DNA from: a virus
DNA length: 64,000 nucleotides
IMG/VR virus record: IMGVR_UViG_3300025881_000006
Location: 1 to 64,000 of that record
Strand: one strand, 5' to 3'
Translations under genes and position numbers: made by a program
Shown: positions 46,980-56,702 of the stretch, in pieces
How the letters are laid out: every line of letters starts with the position of its first letter
How positions within the stretch are numbered: position 1 is the first letter of the stretch
The notes under the pieces: model-generated
The model's input: only the letters and a program-made list of their open reading frames with translations
Database searches by the model: none
Told to the model about the DNA's origin: nothing

Positions 46980-49900
46980 ATGTTATTGTACAAAGACATG
47001 TATCGAAAATATGGGATTAATACATTAGCCCAGCTGGTGAATCCACGTACCTTTCCTTTAGACAGTTTAGTGCTGCCTAGAGAGAGTATCGTACATTACC
47101 TACCAGTCGATACAGTTGACATTGGTATCGAACCGAGACACCCCTTATTATTAAATTACTCTGATGATATTCTCGTAACACACGTAGAAGAGTTATCAAG
47201 TGAACTAGGTCGCCCTCGTGAATTATCAGGTGAAGTCAGACGCGGTATAAAAACATATCACAGACGCTATCGCAACCTACGGTTAATACGTCGTATGGAA
47301 ACAGCGCTTCGTGACCCTAACAACTTAATAGTGGATAACTACGCTTTATTAACATCAAGTTATCGCTACAGTCGTAATGCATTAACAAGTTATTATCAAC
47401 ACCGTAACCTGTACGATACATTATGGTCTCAGATTGAAACGTTAACCAAACAGTCCGATCGTGAACACTTTATCCCTGTTACTATCCCCACTACTATTCC
47501 TGCAATGGGTGAATTTGCACGTGCTGTGAATAAGATTAAAGACGAATCTATTCCTAAGGCACTGTTAGAGTTATTCGTAACTAGTGCTGATTTGTTTATG
47601 CTGGATTTATGGTTATTTGTAAATGACGATAATGAAGCTAGTGGTGTAAGTCGCTTATCTGGTGATATGATTGAAAAGCTTAGACGTACTAATTTAGTCT
47701 TTATTGAATCAGGTCGTTTTTGTATATTATCATTCAATCAAATCATGCAGTGGCAAGAAGAAGGTACCAGTGAGCTACAGGCTAAGTTGCGTAAACTGTT
47801 CTTGCACATGTTTGAATTACGTACTCAAAACAATGCTGTCTTAGTAGAAGGTGTTGAACCTGAAGAAGAAAGTGAGTTAATTGAACCGGTTACTATTATC
47901 CCTGCGGATGAACGTACAGATGCTATTAATAGACAAACAGCAGAACTAGCAGAAGTCGGATTACTATCATCAGCAGAACAACGCCGGATGATTACTGCTT
48001 CTACTAAGTATAAGTCTATCCCTAATCCACAAGGTGAAGGTACGTTAGAAGACTTACTTAAGATTGACAAAGAGGTTATTGAAAGTGTAGGTAAAGGTAA
48101 TATTGCCAATATCAATACCGTACCTGACAAATCGATGTTAGGTTCTACCTTATTAGACTTTGACAAGAAGTATGTCAAAGAAGTCATGTCTAAAGATATT
48201 GCTGGTATGGTTATGTCTCTACAGGCAGCCGGTGTAGCAGTAACCGATTATAAAGTAGAAAGACAAGTTGATGTGGCGAATAAGTACGATGCTTACACTA
48301 TCAAATTAGTACCCGTTCGTGGTGTACCGTCTACTATACGTTTTCGTTTACCAGTGGTGGAAGCTAATGGTACGTTTGTTGCAAATGGTGTTAAATGCCG
48401 AATGAACAAACAGCGTGGCGATTTGGTAATTAGAAAGACGGCTGCGGATAGAGTAGCGTTGACTACTTACTACGGTAAAACGTTTATCACTCGTTCACCT
48501 AAAGCAGTGAATAACTACGGTGGTTGGTTGGTTAAGCAGATTACTGCAATGGGTATCGATAATAAAGATGATAGAATATCTACTATTAACTTTACTAACG
48601 TCCATGATAAAACCAAAGACGTGCCTAGACTATACAGTACTATGGCAATGGCTATTCGTCAGTTCACTACTCCTACCTATCATTTTTACTTTGATTATAA
48701 TGGTCGTAGTAAGTTCTTTGGCGAAGAGCAGGTTGCTATTGTAGAATCTAAAGGTTCTGTAGTAGTGGGCAAACAAGGTAAGTTTCTAATCACGGTTGAT
48801 AAAGAAGACGTACTTTACTTGCACAAAGGTGAAGAGATAACACCATTGGGTGAAATGCATGAGCTGCTAAATATAGAAGCTAATCGTATCCCTGTGGATG
48901 TAGCGGATATCAAGGTGTACTCTAAACAGATATCACTTGGTTTGGTCTTAGCACATGAGGTAGGTTTATCTAAACTTATCAAAATGTTAAAGGCTGATGT
49001 AAGACAAGTCCCTCGTGGTACCCGTTTGAATCTTAATGATGATGAGTATGCAATTGTCTTTGCTGACCAGACGCTGATTGTTTCACGTCGTGATAAAGTC
49101 GCTAGTATGTTACTAGGTGGGTTAAACGTATACCGTAATAGTATCCGTAATCATAACCTGCACACGTTTGATTCTCAAGATGTGTATTTTAACATATTAA
49201 GTGATGCGGGACTATCTGTTCGTTTCGTACAAGAGATATCGTTGATGTACTTGATGTTCATTGACCCTATTTCGAAAGAGATATTGGAAACAATGAAAGA
49301 ACCCACTGAGATGGTTAAGTTAACCCTACGGTGTGTTGAGTTGTTAACAACTGATGAGTATCCTGATGAAACTGATATGCGACACATGCGTATTAAAGGC
49401 TACGAGCGTTTCTCTGGTATTATCTATCGTCAGTTAATAGATAGTCTACGTCAGTATCGTCATCGCCCAGTGATGTCCAAGGCGTCAGTGGATGTTAACC
49501 CTAAAGCTATATGGTTAGATGTTATATCAGACCAGTCTCTTAAGATTGTGGAAGATTCAAACCCTATTCACAATTTGAAAGAAAAAGAGTTAGTAACCTT
49601 TACGGGTCAAGGTGGCCGAAGTGCACAGACGATGGTTAAATCATCTCGTGTATTCCATCCAACCGATTTAGGAGTCATCTCTGAATCAACACCTGACTCT
49701 GCTAAGGTAGGTATTAATACATTCCTAACAGCCAACCCTAAACTCACTAGTTTACGAGGTACGGCCGATACGTACGTTAAAGGTCAAGACGGTAATGCGT
49801 CAGTGGTATCTACTACTACGTTAATATCACCAGCAGCAGATAGAGATGATACTAAAAGAACCAACTTAACATCTGTACAATACTCAGCAGCTATTGCATG

Positions 49901-50975
49901 TAAAGGTTATGTCACCACACCAGTTCGTACTGGATATGAGCAAGTCATCGCTCACCGTGTGGATAAGAACTTTGCATACGCAGCAGAGCAGGATGGTAAG
50001 ATAACTAAGATTGATGATGATGTCGTCGAGGTGACTTATGCAGATGGTTCGGTAGTAGCATTAGAGATAGGTGATATTTACGGGACAGTAGCTGGTGAAA
50101 CAGTGAAGCATCGTTTAGTATCTGATGTCTCTATAAACGCTAAGGTAAAGCAGTCTGATATTATCGTGTATAACTCTGGTTTCTTTGAAAGAGACTTCTT
50201 TAATCCTACACAGGTAAGTTGGAAAGGTGGGGTAATGGGTAAGGTAGCGTTGTTAGAATCCTCTGATACATTAGAAGATTCATGTGCTATCTCATCAAAC
50301 CTATCAGGTGAACTATCCTCACCCTCAACTCAGATACGTCCTATCTTAATTGACTTTGATCAAGGGATTCATAATGTTGTTAAAGTAGGGGATGAGGTCA
50401 CGACTGACTCTATTTTATGTACACTTGAAGATGGCGTCTCTGAACAGACCCAACTATTTGACGAGGAAACTCTTCTATCACTTCAAGCATTAGCGGCTAA
50501 CAATCCTAAGGCGAAGTTTAAAGGCGTCGTAGAAAGAATAGAGGTAATTTATAATGGTGATAAGTCTGACATGTCTGCTTCGTTGCAGAAGTTGGCTAAT
50601 GCGTCGGATAGACGACTGGCCGCTCGTAGCAAGCGTCTAGGCCAAGATGAAGCTACTCATGGTCGTATTACTGAGGCAACTCACATTAGTGGGAAGCTAA
50701 TTGAACATGAGAAAGCATTGATACGCATTTACGTATCGACTGAGAAAGGTGCGTACGGTGGGGATAAAGTTGTATTCTCTAACGCATTGAAATCGGTAAT
50801 AGGTAGAGTCATGTCAGGTGTGAATCAATCGGAAAGCGGTGAGGACATTGATGCTATATTTGCATACAGTTCTATAGCTAACCGTATCGTTCTATCTCCT
50901 GAGATTATCGGTACCACTAACACATTACTACGCGTGATAAGTAGAGAAGCACTTAAACGTTATCGCGAAGTTTAA
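46980..50975 (+). CDS. rpoB: virion RNA polymerase beta-like subunit (phiKZ gp178-like)
   Basis: AAGGAGG RBS. FRLP...GTF..NG, TFTGQGGRS, SESTPDSAKVG, DDTKR, EDS, GDKVVF..ALKSV, IDAIF...S..NR. Confidence 0.92.
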   Translation: MLLYKDMYRKYGINTLAQLVNPRTFPLDSLVLPRESIVHYLPVDTVDIGIEPRHPLLLNYSDDILVTHVEELSSELGRPRELSGEVRRGIKTYHRRYRNLRLIRRMETALRDPNNLIVDNYALLTSSYRYSRNALTSYYQHRNLYDTLWSQIETLTKQSDREHFIPVTIPTTIPAMGEFARAVNKIKDESIPKALLELFVTSADLFMLDLWLFVNDDNEASGVSRLSGDMIEKLRRTNLVFIESGRFCILSFNQIMQWQEEGTSELQAKLRKLFLHMFELRTQNNAVLVEGVEPEEESELIEPVTIIPADERTDAINRQTAELAEVGLLSSAEQRRMITASTKYKSIPNPQGEGTLEDLLKIDKEVIESVGKGNIANINTVPDKSMLGSTLLDFDKKYVKEVMSKDIAGMVMSLQAAGVAVTDYKVERQVDVANKYDAYTIKLVPVRGVPSTIRFRLPVVEANGTFVANGVKCRMNKQRGDLVIRKTAADRVALTTYYGKTFITRSPKAVNNYGGWLVKQITAMGIDNKDDRISTINFTNVHDKTKDVPRLYSTMAMAIRQFTTPTYHFYFDYNGRSKFFGEEQVAIVESKGSVVVGKQGKFLITVDKEDVLYLHKGEEITPLGEMHELLNIEANRIPVDVADIKVYSKQISLGLVLAHEVGLSKLIKMLKADVRQVPRGTRLNLNDDEYAIVFADQTLIVSRRDKVASMLLGGLNVYRNSIRNHNLHTFDSQDVYFNILSDAGLSVRFVQEISLMYLMFIDPISKEILETMKEPTEMVKLTLRCVELLTTDEYPDETDMRHMRIKGYERFSGIIYRQLIDSLRQYRHRPVMSKASVDVNPKAIWLDVISDQSLKIVEDSNPIHNLKEKELVTFTGQGGRSAQTMVKSSRVFHPTDLGVISESTPDSAKVGINTFLTANPKLTSLRGTADTYVKGQDGNASVVSTTTLISPAADRDDTKRTNLTSVQYSAAIACKGYVTTPVRTGYEQVIAHRVDKNFAYAAEQDGKITKIDDDVVEVTYADGSVVALEIGDIYGTVAGETVKHRLVSDVSINAKVKQSDIIVYNSGFFERDFFNPTQVSWKGGVMGKVALLESSDTLEDSCAISSNLSGELSSPSTQIRPILIDFDQGIHNVVKVGDEVTTDSILCTLEDGVSEQTQLFDEETLLSLQALAANNPKAKFKGVVERIEVIYNGDKSDMSASLQKLANASDRRLAARSKRLGQDEATHGRITEATHISGKLIEHEKALIRIYVSTEKGAYGGDKVVFSNALKSVIGRVMSGVNQSESGEDIDAIFAYSSIANRIVLSPEIIGTTNTLLRVISREALKRYREV

Positions 50976-51002
50976 CCAATTGTATTTTAGGTAAGGTTAC
51001 TT

Positions 51003-51200
51003 ATGAAACATAAAGAAGATTTAGGCCCACACAATGCTAAGATAATGGCTAACGCTGTTCAATTAGCATCAAACGTTTTACACGAAGTGGCGGGTAATGA
51101 CATCGCTGATAGCGTTGCTGGTGAGTCGTTAGAAAGTATGTTGGCTGACACCATGACAGCTAAAATCAATTCAAAACTTAGTGCCAAGGGAGGTGCGTAA
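51003..51200 (+). CDS. small conserved protein (SPN3US gp242-like position)
   Basis: AAGG RBS; TAATG-coupled to the next gene. Confidence 0.6.
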   Translation: MKHKEDLGPHNAKIMANAVQLASNVLHEVAGNDIADSVAGESLESMLADTMTAKINSKLSAKGGA

Positions 51201-52636
51201 TGTTAACTAAACGTACCGTATCGGCCATAGGCCAAGCTGTGTTAAATCACACACAATCAAACGTCTGCCTTAATGCTAAAGAAGGTACACCTTTACGTGA
51301 CCTTGTTACTGTTATGGGCGGGATTGATAATTCTGCATTAAAAGGAGCCGTTCTTTCTAGTCATGACCACGATGTATTAATTGCTAACTCGTTACACCCA
51401 GCCCCTGATGGTGAAGTGCAACATGATACCATGATGCGTCAAGCGGTTTCATTGGCAAGTGACTCAGTTCGTACTATGCTAACTGTAGCACGTACTATGG
51501 TATTACCTACGGTTAAAACCATGTATGCTCAAGTAGACCGTAACATTGCTGATATCGTAGGTACGCCTAATCGTCATGCAGTGCTTTCTGTTTACTTAGA
51601 AGACGTTTATAACTCACCTACAATGGCAGGTTTAATTGAACGTTTCTCTGAAGCGCCTGTAGAAATTCCAATGCCTAGCTCTGGCATGTATCCTGAAATG
51701 GATGGCTTAGAGTTAGAAGAAAGAATGGTAACGGGTATTGCTCGTTTTGATGGCTATCTTAAAACAGTGTTAGATGATGTTGAGCCTGACCTACCTCTAA
51801 CTATTTACAACTCAGTATTTAGAGCGTCAGGTGTTGACCTTTACTCTGGTCTGTTTAATGCAAGTCTAGCTAGACGTAAGCGCTTCGTTGCTCTTATTAC
51901 TCAGTTAGTTGCTAAGAGCTTTTTAGAAAAGCCACCTGAAACAACGAATAGTTCACTGTCTGACTTTAATGATAACTGTGCTACCTTTTTACAACAAAGT
52001 GGCCGTACCCTTTATCGCATGGTTAAAGAACGTGAACGCTTCAATGCGGAAAATCGTTTAATCACATTCTTCCCACAGCCGGGTAGTACTAATCAGGCTA
52101 TTGAAGTAGTTGGTGAAGTATACACTCGTTGGTTAGAAGAAGGTGGTTCTCCTGAGTTGTTGATGGGTGCTTGTTTATCTGGTAATCGTGAAGTGTCATA
52201 TCCCGGTTTGTTAGAAGATAAAGAAAAGTATCTTAAAGTCTATAGTCGTGCTGAACAAATGCACAAGTCTAAGGCAGCAGCTAACCGTACTAGTGCAATG
52301 GTTGATGAGACCAGACGCGTTGTATCTGAATATATTCGTAGCTTATCAACAGATGATAAAACGATTATTGATCCTAAAGACGTATTACTTAAACGTCTAG
52401 GTGAAAGTTTGGGTACCATCACGTGTGGTCAAAGTACCGATTGTTATTGTTACGTTCGTGAAGTGGTATGTAATGTATTCTACCCTCACACTAACGCTTT
52501 AACTATTCTTAAACTGATTGACGAAGCCATAGAAGAGAATCCTAAACTGTCCGTGCGTGAAGCTGGTACAGTGGCCACAATAGATATTGTTGCTACATGG
52601 GTTGCCTCTATGATTGATGTCTCTCGCTATCGTTAA
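51200..52636 (+). CDS. virion (head) protein, phiKZ gp177-like
   Basis: GTPL..L start, Y.RWLEEGGSPELL motif; syntenic position. Confidence 0.65.
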   Translation: MLTKRTVSAIGQAVLNHTQSNVCLNAKEGTPLRDLVTVMGGIDNSALKGAVLSSHDHDVLIANSLHPAPDGEVQHDTMMRQAVSLASDSVRTMLTVARTMVLPTVKTMYAQVDRNIADIVGTPNRHAVLSVYLEDVYNSPTMAGLIERFSEAPVEIPMPSSGMYPEMDGLELEERMVTGIARFDGYLKTVLDDVEPDLPLTIYNSVFRASGVDLYSGLFNASLARRKRFVALITQLVAKSFLEKPPETTNSSLSDFNDNCATFLQQSGRTLYRMVKERERFNAENRLITFFPQPGSTNQAIEVVGEVYTRWLEEGGSPELLMGACLSGNREVSYPGLLEDKEKYLKVYSRAEQMHKSKAAANRTSAMVDETRRVVSEYIRSLSTDDKTIIDPKDVLLKRLGESLGTITCGQSTDCYCYVREVVCNVFYPHTNALTILKLIDEAIEENPKLSVREAGTVATIDIVATWVASMIDVSRYR

Positions 52637-52652
52637 CTAAAAGGGGTGTATC

Positions 52653-53375
52653 GTGAATATATCGGGATTAAAACGCAATCCAAAGGCGATACACTCCATA
52701 TTGGTCCATCGTAATGATGGTACGGTTAAGGTAACTGCTCCGTGTAGTGTACATATACCCAAACGGTATACTACTCGCGAGTTGGCCACCGTAGGTAATG
52801 AAGTCAGTATTGTTGGTATGTTTGGAATTGTCACTGGTAATAACTATGGCGTCTGTCGTATTAATGCCATGGTAAATATCAAGCCTACCTCAATCAATAC
52901 TATTATTATCGACGATACGGAGTATTTGGAATTCCAGTTTGAAGCGGGGGATACGTTATTAACTAATGTGAACTTGGTCAAGCGGGATACGTTAGTTTAT
53001 CGTATTTATGATGAGATAGTAGCCAAAGGTAACACACCGTGGTATATGAGCTACCAAGATTTAGGGCAGTTATTTGATACAGCCTCATCTTTTGGTGGTG
53101 CTAACTTAGGTGCCAACCATGCTATCTTGGAAATGATTACAGCCTCACGTGCTAGAAATCCAAACGATAGAACTAAATACTATCGCCACACACTTAACAA
53201 AGCTACACAGTTGGATACAACGCCTCCTGTGATGATTGCATTGAAGAGTGTACAAGATGGTGCTACCAATACCACTGCTAAGTTAATCGGTGCGTATATG
53301 GATGAAGGTATTAACTCTGCCTTAGTCGACCCTTCTGAGCGTAGTGAGAAAATAGAAGAGTTGTTACGCACGTAA
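52653..53375 (+). CDS. phiKZ gp176/SPN3US gp244-like protein, candidate fifth vRNAP subunit
   Basis: GNTPWY...NTTAKLIGAY..EG..SAL resembles the beta' C-terminus; lies just upstream of the protease. Confidence 0.7.
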   Translation: MNISGLKRNPKAIHSILVHRNDGTVKVTAPCSVHIPKRYTTRELATVGNEVSIVGMFGIVTGNNYGVCRINAMVNIKPTSINTIIIDDTEYLEFQFEAGDTLLTNVNLVKRDTLVYRIYDEIVAKGNTPWYMSYQDLGQLFDTASSFGGANLGANHAILEMITASRARNPNDRTKYYRHTLNKATQLDTTPPVMIALKSVQDGATNTTAKLIGAYMDEGINSALVDPSERSEKIEELLRT

Positions 53376-53392
53376 CTAGTTAGGAAATAAAC

Positions 53393-54151
53393 ATGAAAAA
53401 TCAAGCTACTTTAAGCTGTACTGCATTAGCCGGTACGAATAAGGTTGGTGCCCTTAAGCCCGACAGTAATGGTTATTACGAAATGGTGTTAGGTGCCTAC
53501 GATTTCTTTAACTCATCTAAAGCTATTTATCCATTTACTTCAGCTAAGCATCTTTTCGAAGAAAGCTCTATGTTGATGCGTCGGATTAACAGTGGTCAGT
53601 GTCGCAGTGAGTATGGTCATCCTAAGAAGCAACGTGGGATGACGATGTCGGATTACATACAACGTATTGTTTCTATTGAAGAAACTAACATTTGTGCCCA
53701 TATTAAGTCGATACGTATCGATACTCAATCTGTAATGGATGATAAAGGTAAGCCAGTTACTGCTGTAATTGGTATGGTTAAGCCATCTGGCCCTAGAGGT
53801 CCTGCTTTACGTGAATCGTTGGATAATCCCGATGAGAACGTAGCCTTCTCTGTACGTTCGTTAACGAATGATACGTTTGAGAATGGTGGCCATCAAAAGC
53901 ACATGAAGCAATTAATTACTTGGGATTATGTAAATGAACCCGGTATCTCTATTGCAACTAAGTATAATGCACCTTCGTTAGAAGAGTTGTCTGAAGACTT
54001 AGAGATAGTGCCGATGATGTTAGACCGTTGGGAAGCGCAAGAGCAAGGTGCTCATGTTGGGATGGAAAGTATCCTAACGTCTAAGATGGTTAGAAGTGAT
54101 TTTGGTTGGCAGAAAGTTCAATCAATACTTGTACCCTCTAGTACTTGGTAA
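53393..54151 (+). CDS. prohead maturation protease (phiKZ gp175-like)
   Basis: EYGHP, AFSVRS, TWDYVNEPG motifs of the S80-type prohead protease. Confidence 0.9.
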   Translation: MKNQATLSCTALAGTNKVGALKPDSNGYYEMVLGAYDFFNSSKAIYPFTSAKHLFEESSMLMRRINSGQCRSEYGHPKKQRGMTMSDYIQRIVSIEETNICAHIKSIRIDTQSVMDDKGKPVTAVIGMVKPSGPRGPALRESLDNPDENVAFSVRSLTNDTFENGGHQKHMKQLITWDYVNEPGISIATKYNAPSLEELSEDLEIVPMMLDRWEAQEQGAHVGMESILTSKMVRSDFGWQKVQSILVPSSTW

Positions 54152-54153
54152 AC

Positions 54154-54200
54154 GCATAAACGAGAGTACCTCTTTACATAGAGGTACTCTTCTATGCCGT
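54154..54200 (+). terminator. hairpin + TATGCCG
   Basis: agagtacctct/agaggtactct, TATGCCG at 54193-54199. Confidence 0.75.
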
Positions 54201-54211
54201 AATCTAGATTT

Positions 54212-54235
54212 TCACAGACCTACATTACCTTTACG
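54212..54235 (+). promoter_or_regulatory. early promoter-like motif
   Basis: tcacagaCCTACATTACctttaCG. Confidence 0.7.
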
Positions 54236-54282
54236 GAGTATGGCCTACTATGATTAGTTACTAACCCAAACAAGAGGTAGAT

Positions 54283-54600
54283 ATGTTTAATCCAATTAAA
54301 CGATTTAACAAGTGGAAGAGATTTAGATTCCTAAGTAAGCTGAAACCGTTGATAAAAAATACGATGTTTCACGTTAAGCAAGGGGATGTAATTTGGAGCA
54401 GAGAAGATATTTACGGTGAGGACCACTGGTTAAAATGGAATGTCCACATTGACAGTATGGTGGGGGCAGTGAGCTTTAAAAGAAATGATAGCATTCTAAC
54501 CATTGGGAATGTCCCCGGTACCAATGCGGAACGTTTACGTAGTAATCGCATCATTACTGGTTGTGGTGATGTATTAAGCCTGTACGTTGAGAAAGGATAG
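54283..54600 (+). CDS. hypothetical early protein
   Basis: GAGG RBS. Confidence 0.6.
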   Translation: MFNPIKRFNKWKRFRFLSKLKPLIKNTMFHVKQGDVIWSREDIYGEDHWLKWNVHIDSMVGAVSFKRNDSILTIGNVPGTNAERLRSNRIITGCGDVLSLYVEKG

Positions 54601-54607
54601 ATACAAA

Positions 54608-55147
54608 ATGAATACAATACAAGAAACGTGGGTAGACTACTCTCGGGCAGTCATTAATAAAGAAGCTTCAGCAGAACAGCGGCGTATAATGAAACATGCT
54701 TACTACAGTGGTGCTAATAATACATTACAGTTGATGTGGCAATTGGGCGATGCTCGTACTGATGAAGATAAAGCAGTAGAGATACTGGATATCTACAATA
54801 AGGAAGTAGAAGAGTTCTTTACTAACATACACCCAGAAGATTCCAAGCTTAGTGGGTCATCGAAAGAAGGTGTAGTTTACGCAACGTGGTGTGAGTATCT
54901 AATACTCAATGGGATGGTTGGATTAGACCCAGGGCCTGAACATGATATTAAAGCTTCGTACTATGCCGGTATTCACAGTGTACTTAATTTAAGCATGAAT
55001 GAATTTGTAGATATGTCACTAGATGCAGGTGCAATGATAATACAAGGTTTATCTGAAGAGGTCAGTATGTACTTCAAAGAAGACCATGAGCGTAAACAAC
55101 CTAAATCAACTAAACCCAAACGTAAGAAACGTCCTAAGCGACATTAG
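54608..55147 (+). CDS. hypothetical protein with tandem W..Y...YYxG helical domain
   Basis: AAGGA RBS favours ATG at 54608; AYYSGA and SYYAGI repeats. Confidence 0.7.
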   Translation: MNTIQETWVDYSRAVINKEASAEQRRIMKHAYYSGANNTLQLMWQLGDARTDEDKAVEILDIYNKEVEEFFTNIHPEDSKLSGSSKEGVVYATWCEYLILNGMVGLDPGPEHDIKASYYAGIHSVLNLSMNEFVDMSLDAGAMIIQGLSEEVSMYFKEDHERKQPKSTKPKRKKRPKRH

Positions 55148-55271
55148 ACCGCAGTGAGCCCCTAGGCGTATATATGTAGTTTATTACACTAGGTTGTTAT
55201 TTAGATATAAGAAGGGCTTAGAATGGCATACTGAGCCCCTGATGGACGTTGTAGATAGATAAGGAAGATGA

Positions 55272-55652
55272 ATGGTTATTATAATAGCAGATACTAGCGC
55301 AACTATTACCTGTACTATGGAAAAGTGCGTTGCAGGTGAAGAGATAACGAGATTGTTAGACGATGATGCAAGTGTGTGTTGGGGTAGATTAGATTCGGTA
55401 GAGAATGTTACCGAGCTTACTGAAGTAATGCAACGAGATATCAACTATGACATGAAAAGGATTGAAGAGGTAAGCGGATTAAAGACTAGTAAGTATCATT
55501 ACGGTAATGTAGTCTACCTATTCTTTTTAGCAAAGCCAACTTTAATATCGATGATTACCACGGGTAAGTATGTATTTGATAAAGTCATTCCCGTATCTAA
55601 TGATAGTAAGGTTAGTATAAAGATATCCCTCACTTTTAATTTCAACAATTAA
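55272..55652 (+). CDS. hypothetical protein
   Basis: AAGGA RBS. Confidence 0.6.
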   Translation: MVIIIADTSATITCTMEKCVAGEEITRLLDDDASVCWGRLDSVENVTELTEVMQRDINYDMKRIEEVSGLKTSKYHYGNVVYLFFLAKPTLISMITTGKYVFDKVIPVSNDSKVSIKISLTFNFNN

Positions 55653-55668
55653 GTATTAGGAGATTACA

Positions 55669-55935
55669 ATGGACCAGTCAGTTGAAGACCATTGGGAACA
55701 GCATAAAAGAACTGCGTACCCAAAAGGTATATCGGGACTAGAGGAGATACAAGCTAGGATGTCTTTTTATGCAGGATTTCAAGCAAGTGTAGAATCTGTA
55801 ACTCGCCTACTAAAAAGTAATACTGATGAAGCTACCTTTATCACCAAGGTTCATGCAGCCTTATTAGAGTGCAGCAAGTATATCGATACTCACGTTGTAG
55901 AGTTTGCTAGAATACATTTATACGGGAAACGATGA
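55669..55935 (+). CDS. single-domain paralogue of 54608..55147
   Basis: HWEQH...QARMSFYAGF; AGGAG RBS. Confidence 0.7.
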   Translation: MDQSVEDHWEQHKRTAYPKGISGLEEIQARMSFYAGFQASVESVTRLLKSNTDEATFITKVHAALLECSKYIDTHVVEFARIHLYGKR

Positions 55936-56678
55936 TGCTCTACCAGTACGTTGATGGTAAAGTCACGGAGCTGTATGATAATGGGTACGACAAAAACATT
56001 ATCTACTCTCCAAATCAGGCAGGTATGCCTCCACTAGTTGAAGCAGGAGTCCCTTTTAAAATAGTCGGTAACGATAAGTTTTGGACATTTATAATAGACC
56101 CAGCCGTTAGTGAGGGTTTACTATTAACAGTCTACCATCATCCCTTTCTACATAAACACGCCTATGCCGTTTCTGTAGATGGACCACACTTCACCCAGAT
56201 GTATGTTACACCACAACTATCCACCGTGTGTGAAACGTATTTTGATAATGAACGTACTAGCAAGATTAGCATCCCTCCTACCGCACCCAATGGTCCTATA
56301 TCTGACCTATTTAATCCTTGGGTGATTATACACTGGAATAGACAACGGGTTTGTGAGTACTATGACGCCGCCACTGGTAGACGCTGTAGTACTGAAAAGT
56401 CACTTAGGAACGCCCTACGTAGTCATAACACTACAGAGGGTATATTTAGAACTACCATCCTGCCTCACGTTGAAGAGGGGTTAGTTTTGATTAAGTGTAC
56501 ACACGACTACGTTGACCATGTGAATAATAAATTGATTAGTGATGTTAAATGGCATTTAGAAGTAGGTGTTGGCATCGTTAGTGCCATACAATCTAGAGAT
56601 AAACTATTTGTCGTAGTGAGGAAGTTCGATACATTAAACTTAGTTATTCTGGGACAAGAAGAAACAATGAAGCATTGA
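55932..56678 (+). CDS. hypothetical protein
   Basis: ATGA overlap with the upstream gene. Confidence 0.7.
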   Translation: MMLYQYVDGKVTELYDNGYDKNIIYSPNQAGMPPLVEAGVPFKIVGNDKFWTFIIDPAVSEGLLLTVYHHPFLHKHAYAVSVDGPHFTQMYVTPQLSTVCETYFDNERTSKISIPPTAPNGPISDLFNPWVIIHWNRQRVCEYYDAATGRRCSTEKSLRNALRSHNTTEGIFRTTILPHVEEGLVLIKCTHDYVDHVNNKLISDVKWHLEVGVGIVSAIQSRDKLFVVVRKFDTLNLVILGQEETMKH

Positions 56679-56702
56679 CGGTACGGAACCATTCCTATCG
56701 TC

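Noticed and set aside
36155-50975. Introns or inteins in vRNAP genes
   Set aside because: Both ORFs are continuous and of expected size, with no intein splice-junction or LAGLIDADG motifs noticed.
56162-56170. TATGCCG inside ORF 55932..56678
   Set aside because: No preceding hairpin; it encodes Tyr-Ala-Val and is likely chance.
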